Source: Bacteroidota bacterium
GTDB lineage: Bacteria; Bacteroidota; Bacteroidia; B-17B0; Aurantibacillaceae
Direction of reading: 5' to 3'
Length of the DNA: 64,000 bases
NCBI GenBank assembly: GCA_019638705.1
Contig: JAHBTI010000016.1
Location: 4,177-68,176, forward strand
This document shows positions 19,505-26,739 of the stretch, piece after piece. The first letter of the stretch is position 1, and each line of letters begins with the position of its first letter. Under the pieces are notes generated by a model that made no database searches, was not told the origin of the DNA, and saw nothing but the letters and a program-made list of their open reading frames with translations. The translations under genes were made by a program, and so were the position numbers.

Positions 19505-19675
19505 CCCCCGCGCTCGCCCCCGCTCCGCAGGATTTTGAGCGTTGATAAGAGCAGAGGTAATCCTGCGGTTGTATGTAAAAGACAGGAATTGTAAATTTAA
19601 AGCAAATGAAAAAATGTATTGCAACCGCAGGATTAGCCACGCGCTTGCTTTCGCACAAAATCCTGCGGAGCGGGC
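19505..19675. repeat. REPIN-like doublet element, family 1
   Basis: 19-bp perfect terminal inverted repeat CCCGCTCCGCAGGATTTTG (19519-19537 / 19656-19674) and 14-bp inner inverted repeat (19558-19571 / 19622-19635); preceded by a family-2 end fragment CCCCCGCGCTCG. Confidence 0.85.
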
Positions 19676-19827
19676 ATGCTGTAATGGTAAATAAAGTCAA
19701 AGTTTGGCCTAATGGTAACTATAAAATATATTTTTCAGACCCAAGTCCAGTTCGGAAAGCACCATACTCGAGTTATAAAATTCCATTCGGTGCTGGTTTT
19801 TGGACTTTTTATTTACGCAAAAACTAA
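19675..19827 (+). pseudogene. Orphan 3' stub of a toxin gene (papain/C39-like peptidase tip)
   Basis: HAVMVNKVKVWPNGNYKIYFSDPSP...YLRKN*, no start of its own, begins at the REP end; HAV...Y..DP pattern. Confidence 0.5.
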
Positions 19828-19832
19828 TAAAA

Positions 19833-20534
19833 ATGATAAAGCGATTACAGCGTTTCTTTTGGATTATTTTAATTCAGCAATTATCTGCGCAAGAAGATAA
19901 AATCGTATTTTATTCTAACAATAAAGGGGATTTTGTCTGTATTCATAAAGATACTATTATGTACAAAATTCATAATAATGATGATTTTGCTTCATTTTGG
20001 ATTGGAAAAGCAATATTTAAAGAAGATAACAAAACCATTTGTTTAAAAAGAATGTTTCCTTTGAAGCACTTAATGACTTCTATAGTTAAGCATAAAAGTG
20101 ATAGTAGCGGATTTAGTATTTTATATAACGATAGCTCGCCGTTGTTTGGAAATGTTGAGGTATTAGATAATAAAAATAAAAAAATACATTTGGACGGACA
20201 CTTTAATAAAAATGGTTTTTTTCTGATAAATGAAGAATTATCAAGAAAAATAAATAATCTTGACATTACAGTATCTATAACATATTTAAGTTTTTTTTCG
20301 GAAAATAAATTGACATTTCAAAACGGATTTAATTACGAAATAAGAAGCAGAGTATGTTACCCCTATTACATAATAGAGGATAAAAAAAAGGTAGAGTTCA
20401 AAATATTAAATGAAAAACAGGTAAGTGTGAAATATGTTGTGAAACATAATAGAAAATACAACGAGCAATTTGAGGTCGTTTTGAATAAGAATGAAAATAT
20501 TATTAGGAGTTGCGAAACACTACCTTTTTGGTAG
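19833..20534 (+). CDS. Putative orphan immunity protein (secreted)
   Basis: ATG 19833, 5 bp after the stub stop; signal peptide MIKRLQRFFWIILIQQLSAQ; very AT-rich. Confidence 0.6.
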   Translation: MIKRLQRFFWIILIQQLSAQEDKIVFYSNNKGDFVCIHKDTIMYKIHNNDDFASFWIGKAIFKEDNKTICLKRMFPLKHLMTSIVKHKSDSSGFSILYNDSSPLFGNVEVLDNKNKKIHLDGHFNKNGFFLINEELSRKINNLDITVSITYLSFFSENKLTFQNGFNYEIRSRVCYPYYIIEDKKKVEFKILNEKQVSVKYVVKHNRKYNEQFEVVLNKNENIIRSCETLPFW

Positions 20535-20536
20535 TG

Positions 20537-20708
20537 CCCCGCGCTCGTCCTCGTTTGAGCGGTAGCGGAAACGAGGATGTTTTAGCTGTGCGTTTGCAAC
20601 GCACATACAGCAAAAAAAAAGATTTTGTATAAAAAAGGAAATAGAAAAGATAAGTCGTTACAAACGCCGTTCTCAAACGTCCTCGTTACAAACGAGGACG
20701 AGGGGGGG
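20537..20708. repeat. REPIN-like element, family 2
   Basis: 14-bp terminal inverted repeat CTCGTCCTCGTTTG (20544-20557 / 20689-20702); right hairpin CGTCCTCGTT-ACA-AACGAGGACG; internal hairpin TGTGCG-TTTGCAA-CGCACA. Confidence 0.8.
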
Positions 20709-20795
20709 AAAGTATTGGGGACTACTCCTTATGTGAAAATCCATATGAATTCTGAAGGAATGGTACATTTCGTTCCTTGGTTGCCTAAACCTTAA
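20709..20795 (+). pseudogene. Orphan 3' stub of a toxin gene (resembles Ntox50-type RNase tips)
   Basis: KVLGTTPYVKIHMNSEGMVHFVPWLPKP*, begins at the REP end; KIH...G..H.VP pattern. Confidence 0.45.
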
Positions 20796-20804
20796 AAAAG
20801 TATA

Positions 20805-20906
20805 ATGGAAAAGTTAAAAAAAGAGCTTCAAAAGTTTTGGGATTGGGCGCAACTAACACCTGATGAGTACGGAAGCGGTATTCCCCCCGCTCCGCAGGAT
20901 TTGTAA
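20805..20906 (+). pseudogene. 5' fragment of a putative immunity gene truncated by a REP
   Basis: MEKLKKELQKFWDWAQLTPDEYGSGI runs straight into the REP at 20883, which supplies PPAPQDL*. Confidence 0.5.
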
Positions 20907-20914
20907 TCCTGCGG
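20886..20914 (+). repeat. Left REP of the RAYT (family 1)
   Basis: CCCGCTCCGCAGGATTTGTAATCCTGCGG, a perfect 29-bp inverted copy of 21540-21568. Confidence 0.9.
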
Positions 20915-20962
20915 AATGATACAAACTTTAAAATAAAAGATTATTTTTGAAGTTGAATAGTA

Positions 20963-21532
20963 ATGAAACAGGGCGAAAAACAAACCATTAAAACAGACAG
21001 AGCGTATTTTTTAACGCTAACGGTTGTTGGTTGGATAGATGTTTTTTCGCGGCAAAATCACAGAAATGCTTTTATTAATTCTTTAAAATATTGTCAGCAA
21101 AATAAAGGTTTGATTGTGTTTGCTTATGTAATGATGACAAACCACATACATTTAATGGTAAACACACACGAACCGTTTTTATTAAAAGATGTAATTAGAG
21201 ATTTGAAAAAATATACCTCTAAACAAATAATTGAGCAAATTATTAATCAACCTGAAAGCCGAAGATAATGGCTATTACAACTTTTGGAATTAGAAACAAA
21301 AGATAAACAGGGCAATAAAAATCATAAATTTTGGCAAGAAGGAAATCATGCCATAGAATTGTATAATGAAAAGTTTGTTTGGGATAAAATAAATTACATA
21401 CATAATAACCCTGTGGAAGCAGGTTATGTGAGAAAGTCGTATGAATGGATTTACTCTTCGGCGAGTAATTATTACGGTATGGAAAGCATAATAGAAGTAG
21501 AATGTTTGCAACAAAGATTAAATACAATTTAG
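20963..21532 (+). pseudogene. REP-associated tyrosine transposase (RAYT / Y1 HUH) with one in-frame TAA at 21266-21268
   Basis: YFLTLT, HUH motif NHIHL, KFWQ, catalytic YIHNNPV, YSSA. The two ORF-track pieces (20963-21268, 21284-21532) share one frame: ESRR*WLL. Confidence 0.85.
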
Positions 21533-21539
21533 CTGTGTG

Positions 21540-21568
21540 CCGCAGGATTACAAATCCTGCGGAGCGGG
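21540..21568 (-). repeat. Right REP of the RAYT (family 1)
   Basis: CCGCAGGATTACAAATCCTGCGGAGCGGG, 7 bp after the RAYT stop. Confidence 0.9.
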
Positions 21569-21613
21569 CCTGTATGGGCAGGATTATACAACACATGGCA
21601 ATATAATCATTAA
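21566..21613 (+). pseudogene. Orphan 3' stub of a toxin gene (15 codons)
   Basis: GPVWAGLYNTWQYNH* begins at the REP end and stops 11 bp before the next gene; too short to be certain. Confidence 0.4.
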
Positions 21614-21624
21614 AACCAAAGTTT

Positions 21625-22038
21625 ATGAAAATATTTAAACATATTATAATTGGAATGGCATATTTTTTTATGTTCTCTCAAGCAGATTGCAAAAAAAAAG
21701 AAAATTGCCACAGTAAAATTATTATACAGAACAAATCAAATACCCCTGTTATCTGCGGCGAAAAACGTTATGACGGTTCTAATAATTGTAATATAGTGGG
21801 ACAAATATTGAAATCTAATGATAATTATGAATTAGTTTTTGGACAGTTTTCTTGTTGGGAAAACACTTTGTCGGGAGGAAAAACTAAGGATATTTATATT
21901 ATAGATACCGCTACATATAATAACCCAAATGTTTTTTATTCATGTGATTCTATGGAATATAAAAACACCATACTGAAACACTTTATATTAACGTTAGACG
22001 ATTTAAAGAAGAATAATTTTACAATTGCATATCCATGA
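21625..22038 (+). CDS. Putative orphan immunity lipoprotein
   Basis: Hydrophobic leader then ADC-KKKENC; AT-rich; follows a toxin-like stub. Confidence 0.6.
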   Translation: MKIFKHIIIGMAYFFMFSQADCKKKENCHSKIIIQNKSNTPVICGEKRYDGSNNCNIVGQILKSNDNYELVFGQFSCWENTLSGGKTKDIYIIDTATYNNPNVFYSCDSMEYKNTILKHFILTLDDLKKNNFTIAYP

Positions 22039-22331
22039 AAAAATCAGTAATTAGAATTTTTGTTTGTGTTATACTGTGTGGTTGCGGTAAAAAACCAACA
22101 GCAAATTTCACTTGGTCGCCACAAAATCCAAAAGCAGGGCAAGAAATGCAGTTTACTAATACTTCAACCGATGCAAAAAAGTATGATTGGAATTTGGGTA
22201 ATATGAAGATAAGTTCAGAAAAAGACCCAAAAAACACTTACGATAATGCTGGTGAATACATTATTGATTTAACAGCGCATAATGGTGTGAAGTCAAGTAC
22301 AAAAACAGTTACTATTACCGTAATTCCATAA
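22035..22331 (+). CDS. PKD-domain lipoprotein
   Basis: Lipobox LCGC; PTANFTWS...FTNTS...YDWNLGN...P.NTY...GEY.I.LT; ATGA overlap with the previous gene. Confidence 0.8.
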   Translation: MKKSVIRIFVCVILCGCGKKPTANFTWSPQNPKAGQEMQFTNTSTDAKKYDWNLGNMKISSEKDPKNTYDNAGEYIIDLTAHNGVKSSTKTVTITVIP

Positions 22332-22395
22332 CAAAAACGTCAGGAAAGTGATAAAACTACAAGTTATTAGTTATCCATAACCCTTGCGTAACCGC

Positions 22396-22498
22396 CCCCC
22401 GCTCCGCAGGATTTTGAGCGTTGATAAGGGCAGAGATAATCCTGCGGTTGTATGTAAAAGACAGGAATTGTAAATTTAAAGCAAATGAAAAAATGTAT
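22396..22498 (+). repeat. Truncated second copy of the family-1 REPIN (left 103 bp)
   Basis: 101 of 103 positions identical to 19517-19619; ends abruptly 9 bp before the stop of the convergent gene. Confidence 0.9.
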
Positions 22499-22507
22499 CA
22501 AGTTAAT

Positions 22508-23023
22508 TTACTTTGGCAACTCAAATACATACCCATTTTGTCCTATCTGTTTAGTGCCAACAATGCGTCCATACTTCATGGCTTTGTTTAAATGAAACGA
22601 CAAACATTTTTGATGATTGGTCATAACATCAAATTTCATGTCGTTGTTGCGCAAAATTTCAATAATCTCCGATGAGCGCAAAGGTCTGTCGGCAGCATTT
22701 AACACAAAAACAATTTTATCAATCCATGTGGCATTAAGGTTGTAAGTGTTTCCGAGTTTTAAATCAGCAATACGTTTGTAATATTCTCTTTCCACAGCCA
22801 CATCAGACGATTGTTTAATCAACCGATTAATTTGCTTTTTGTAAAACGAAATATCTTCCCTGTGTCTTTCTTGTGTTTTACTTTGCGAAACGTAACAATC
22901 TGTGAGTTTATTCATCAACATTTCATCACGTTGCTGCAATTCTATGACCTTTTTTATTAATTCTGCTTTACTTAATTGTTCAAGCACTACTGCATTCAAA
23001 TATTTTATCAATAAATTTTTCAT
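22508..23023 (-). CDS. Hypothetical protein, coiled coil plus probable winged-helix DNA-binding domain
   Basis: TWIDKIVFVLNAADRPLRSSEIIEIL...LSFHLNKAMKYGRI...GYVFELP resembles a wHTH. Confidence 0.6.
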   Translation of the reverse strand: MKNLLIKYLNAVVLEQLSKAELIKKVIELQQRDEMLMNKLTDCYVSQSKTQERHREDISFYKKQINRLIKQSSDVAVEREYYKRIADLKLGNTYNLNATWIDKIVFVLNAADRPLRSSEIIEILRNNDMKFDVMTNHQKCLSFHLNKAMKYGRIVGTKQIGQNGYVFELPK

Positions 23024-23119
23024 TTTCCTACTGTTTTTCTTATGTTTTTATGGCTATTTCTACTCTACACCATGCTGTACACAATACTGACGGCATTGCT
23101 CCACAATACAATCTTGTGT

Positions 23120-23192
23120 TGTTCTTAATCTTAGTTATCATTGTTCTTGCTTTTGTCTTTTACTGTTCTTAATCATGTCTTGAAGTGTTCTT
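23120..23192. repeat. Four TGTTCTT motifs at an exact 22-bp period
   Basis: Starts at 23120, 23142, 23164 and 23186, with interleaved TGTCTT at 23154 and 23176. Confidence 0.7.
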
Positions 23193-23371
23193 GGTGCGAA
23201 AATAAATGCTGCAAATCATTCCCTGTCCGAATTTCTACCGTTTGCTTCCTTTCCCTGCCGATTTTTGTCGCTCTTCTAAAAAATAATTTGGTGATTTTAA
23301 TTCAATCAAATAATGTTTCAATCTAAAAATTGATGATTGATAAAAGTTTTTTTCGTTTTCAATTCATTTAA

Positions 23372-23498
23372 AAATCGTTTTCAACCCGACCGCAAACGAA
23401 ACCAATCGGACAATCGCGCACCACTTAGACACCAATCGGGCAAAATTCGGACAAGGCAAATTTTACTTGTTATACTTTCGCGCGCGAACAATAAAAAA
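23372..23498 (+). promoter_or_regulatory. 127-bp regulatory module, copy 1
   Basis: 116 of 127 positions identical to 24628-24754; contains ACCAATCGG twice, a TACTTTCG -7-like box and the palindrome TTCGCGCGCGAA. Confidence 0.75.
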
Positions 23499-23509
23499 CA
23501 GAAAAAATT

Positions 23510-24562
23510 ATGATGTCATTCAGATTAAACGAGTTTGTAAATGCAAACAGTTTTGAGCAACTCGCAGCCTTGTACGAAACCATTGACGAAAAACGCTTGC
23601 ACATAAGCGATACAGGCATTAGCGAAAGCCTTATCAACCGTTGGAAAATAAAAGGCTTATTAAACTTCGGAAAAGAAACCAAAAACCAAAAACTGATTTT
23701 AATGTTACCCATAAAACAAAAAATAAGTTTCATCGAGTTTGTGTGGATTAAAATTGCAAACGAACTGCAAACATTCGGAATTACTTTAGAAACAATAAAC
23801 AAAATGGCAAAAGACTTGTTCGGAAAAATATCCGACAATGAACTCTACAAAAATTTGATAACTAATTTTAAAACAGGGGACAGCGTGCAAACACAGGAAA
23901 ATGAAAAACTAATGCTGTTCCTCAAATTAAAAGAAGAAAGTGAAAACGCATTTCATTTTCTGCACGTTTTAACAGCCCAAGCTGTGGTAACTCAAGAACC
24001 GATATTGATGATGGTATTTAATAACGAAACTTGGTTTCCGTACTTAGAACAGAACAATGCACAATATCCCGAAGACCTGATGAGAAAAAAACAAACCTTG
24101 CCTTATGTGAGCATAAACCTTACCAATATTGTTTACACATACATTTATCAAGATTATTTGCAAGAGATGTTTAGCGGAATGTCAATGTTTACAGCCGAAG
24201 AAGCAAACTTGTTGTATTACATTGCAGAGGGAAATTTCAAAAAAATTCATGTGTCATTTAAGACCACTACACAAAAGCCGAAAGAAATACCAAAAGCAGA
24301 AAACACATTCCGAGAGGTCATTCACCTGTTTTTAAATCAACAATACAGATATTGTACTTTGACAGATAACAAAGGCAGAGAAATTAAAATCACAACAAAA
24401 GATGAGCTTGCCATAAAATTATTTGAAGATAAATGTAAAGAAGTGAAACAATACAAACGTTTGCTTTTAAACCACACTCAAAATTTAGAAGCAAACCAAA
24501 CGGAAACAGCAACAGAAAAGCAGAATAAAAAGGAAGAAACACAAGAACAAGAAGCAAAATAA
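23510..24562 (+). CDS. MerR-like HTH domain protein
   Basis: HISDTGISESLINRWKIKGLL and ISFIEFVWIKIANELQTFGITLETI N-terminal motifs. Confidence 0.6.
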   Translation: MMSFRLNEFVNANSFEQLAALYETIDEKRLHISDTGISESLINRWKIKGLLNFGKETKNQKLILMLPIKQKISFIEFVWIKIANELQTFGITLETINKMAKDLFGKISDNELYKNLITNFKTGDSVQTQENEKLMLFLKLKEESENAFHFLHVLTAQAVVTQEPILMMVFNNETWFPYLEQNNAQYPEDLMRKKQTLPYVSINLTNIVYTYIYQDYLQEMFSGMSMFTAEEANLLYYIAEGNFKKIHVSFKTTTQKPKEIPKAENTFREVIHLFLNQQYRYCTLTDNKGREIKITTKDELAIKLFEDKCKEVKQYKRLLLNHTQNLEANQTETATEKQNKKEETQEQEAK

Positions 24563-24627
24563 TCAAGGCGGGCATAAAAAATAAAATCACGGTGGCTAAT
24601 TACCAACGTGATTTTTGTGTTTATTAC

Positions 24628-24754
24628 AAATCATTTTCAACCCGACCGCAAACGAAACCAATCGGATAATTGCGCATCACATAGACACCAATCGGACAAA
24701 ACTCGGACAAGGCAATTTTCACTTATCATACTTTCGCGCGCGAACAATAAAAAA
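24628..24754 (+). promoter_or_regulatory. 127-bp regulatory module, copy 2
   Basis: Ends 10 bp upstream of ATG 24765; heads the small-gene plus recombinase unit. Confidence 0.75.
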
Positions 24755-24764
24755 ACAAGAAATC

Positions 24765-25139
24765 ATGAGCATAAAACAGGTAAAATCAGCAAATCCCAAA
24801 GCTAAAATATTAATTTTTATTACATTGATAATCAATATAATAAGTATTTGTTTTTGGGTATATTTGTGCCAATCCGCACAAAAAACAAACCAAGAAAAAG
24901 TTGAACAAAAAACACGATTAATTTTTATGCAAGATATAACAGCAGAAGAAATTTTAGCTGAAAGTGAATTTAAAAATTTGAACGAAGAACAAGCCAAGCA
25001 AGTAGCAGAGTTTGTTAATACAATAAGCACCATTTTTTATTCACTCTATAAACAGCAATACGAAGACGGATACAAATTTGAAACACAATTAAACGTAGAA
25101 ACAAATCATAATTACGAACCATTAAAAACCGCAGCATAA
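24765..25139 (+). CDS. Small hypothetical protein immediately upstream of the recombinase
   Basis: ATG 24765 preferred (the ORF-track start 24615 runs through the duplicated module); one hydrophobic helix; stop 1 bp before the recombinase ATG. Confidence 0.6.
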   Translation: MSIKQVKSANPKAKILIFITLIINIISICFWVYLCQSAQKTNQEKVEQKTRLIFMQDITAEEILAESEFKNLNEEQAKQVAEFVNTISTIFYSLYKQQYEDGYKFETQLNVETNHNYEPLKTAA

Positions 25140-25140
25140 T

Positions 25141-26739
25141 ATGAACAACTTAATTTTATTTGAACAATTTGCCAAAGGCAAAACACAACTTCAAAAACGA
25201 AGCAACAACTGTGTTATTTACACCCGCGTTTCAGGCAAAGAACAAGAACTTGGTTACAGCTTGGAAACACAGCGCAAAACCTGTGAAGATTACGCCAAAA
25301 AACACCAATACGCCGTTATGGGCGTATTTGGTGGAACGTATGAAAGCGCAAAAACAGATGAACGAAAAGAATTTAACCGAATGCTTGCTTTTGTAAAAAA
25401 GAGCCGAGAAAAAATTTCATACATCATCGTTTACAGCGTGGACAGATTTTCGCGTTCGGGTGCAAATGCCATTTACATCAAAGACCAATTACGCGCACAA
25501 GGTATTTTTCTTGTTGCCGTAACACAACCTGCTGACACTTCCACATCAAGCGGCGACTTTCAGCAAAACATTCAAATCATTTTTTCGGAGTACGATAATA
25601 ATTTGCGCAGAGAAAAATGTATGGCAGGCACTCGTGAAGCTCTGATGAAAGGCGAATGGTGTCAAAGACCGCCTTATGGTTACGACATCATGAAAGAAAA
25701 CGGCAAACGCAAAATTGTTTTAAACGAAAAAGGAAAATTTTTGCAAAAAGCATTTTATTGGAAAGCAAACGAACGCCTCACGCACACCGCCATATCCGAA
25801 CGTTTGGAAACATTCGGCGTGAAAATTCCAGATAAACGTTTATCGGGTTATTTCCGAAATCCTTTTTATTGCGGGCTTATGGCACACTCCTCATTAAAGG
25901 GACAAGTTGTTGAGGGTAATCATGAAAAAATGATTAGCAAAGAAATCTTTTTAAAAGTAAACGACCTTTTAAGAGAAAACAAACACGGCTATTCTTCCAA
26001 CGAAGTAGAAGAGGGAACGCCGCTCAAACGTTTTCTGCGCTGCGACCATTGCGGAGCGTATATGAGAGGGTATATCGTTAGAAAGAAAAATCTTCCTTAT
26101 TACAAATGCAACACCTTAGGCTGCGGTAACAACAAAAGCGCGAGAGATTTACATAGCATTTTTGAAAAAACATTAAGTTGGTTTAGTTTGGTTAGCAATG
26201 CTTCTATAAGAAAATTTGTAGCCAAACAAATTGCAACAAAATACAACCGAGAACACAAAGAAAAAGACGAGAGCAAAGAAACAATCAAACGTCAAATTAC
26301 AGAGCTTCAAAAGAAACAAGAACGATTGGAAGAACGCCTTATAAATGAAGAACTAACCCTTGAGTTGTACAATAAATTTTCGGGAAAGTTCAGAGAGGAA
26401 ATAATAGCCTTAGAGAAAAATTTGCTGCAAAATCAAAAACGAGTGTCTAACCTTGAACATTGTGTAAATATCGTGTTGGATTTTGCCGCCAACCTCCCGA
26501 AATCATGGACTTTGATGGGATTTAAAGACAAACAACTGCTTCAATTTTTGTTGTTTCCGGAGGGTATTCGCTACAGCAAGAAAAACAACGAGTGTCGTAC
26601 CACCAAAATAAATTCGGTGTTTTCTTACATCGCCCATTTGGTAAGGGATATGGGACAAATAAAAAGCGGGGCATCAAAATTTTTAATTGATTGCCCCGCG
26701 TTGGTACCCCGAGCCGGAGTCGAACCGGCATGCCAATGA
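25141..26739 (+). CDS. Large serine recombinase (integrase)
   Basis: YTRVS catalytic motif, VDRFSR, PPYGY recombinase domain, zinc ribbon RCDHCG...YYKCNTLGC, coiled coil; last 11 codons come from the tRNA antisense strand. Confidence 0.92.
   Translation: MNNLILFEQFAKGKTQLQKRSNNCVIYTRVSGKEQELGYSLETQRKTCEDYAKKHQYAVMGVFGGTYESAKTDERKEFNRMLAFVKKSREKISYIIVYSVDRFSRSGANAIYIKDQLRAQGIFLVAVTQPADTSTSSGDFQQNIQIIFSEYDNNLRREKCMAGTREALMKGEWCQRPPYGYDIMKENGKRKIVLNEKGKFLQKAFYWKANERLTHTAISERLETFGVKIPDKRLSGYFRNPFYCGLMAHSSLKGQVVEGNHEKMISKEIFLKVNDLLRENKHGYSSNEVEEGTPLKRFLRCDHCGAYMRGYIVRKKNLPYYKCNTLGCGNNKSARDLHSIFEKTLSWFSLVSNASIRKFVAKQIATKYNREHKEKDESKETIKRQITELQKKQERLEERLINEELTLELYNKFSGKFREEIIALEKNLLQNQKRVSNLEHCVNIVLDFAANLPKSWTLMGFKDKQLLQFLLFPEGIRYSKKNNECRTTKINSVFSYIAHLVRDMGQIKSGASKFLIDCPALVPRAGVEPACQ

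Larger units (their letters stand above)
5226..26707. mobile_element. Integrative element (~21.5 kb) in the 3' end of tRNA-Leu(CAA), serine-recombinase type
   Basis: GTAC at 5226-5229 and 26704-26707; a large serine recombinase reads into the tRNA; joining the flanks puts the terminator directly after the tRNA; accessory cargo throughout. Confidence 0.8.

Noticed and set aside
19606-19674. ORF-track start of the 73-aa ORF 19606-19827
   Set aside because: The first 23 codons are REPIN sequence; only the part from 19675 looks protein-derived. Read-through translation cannot be excluded but has no support.
9198-21268. Three in-frame TAA codons as stop-codon reassignment or programmed readthrough
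   Set aside because: TAA terminates many intact housekeeping genes in the window, and the three sites would need different residues; ordinary nonsense mutations explain them.
19505-22498. Repeat-separated unique segments as a CRISPR array
   Set aside because: The repeats are inverted doublets of unequal families, the intervening segments are whole genes, and no cas genes are present.
12429-22498. Diversity-generating retroelement or classical RHS tip-swapping cassettes
   Set aside because: No reverse transcriptase, no TR/VR pair with adenine-specific differences, and no repeated RHS-core 3' sequence in front of the stubs.
5226-26707. Self-transmissible ICE or conjugative transposon
   Set aside because: No relaxase, coupling protein or tra genes are recognisable.
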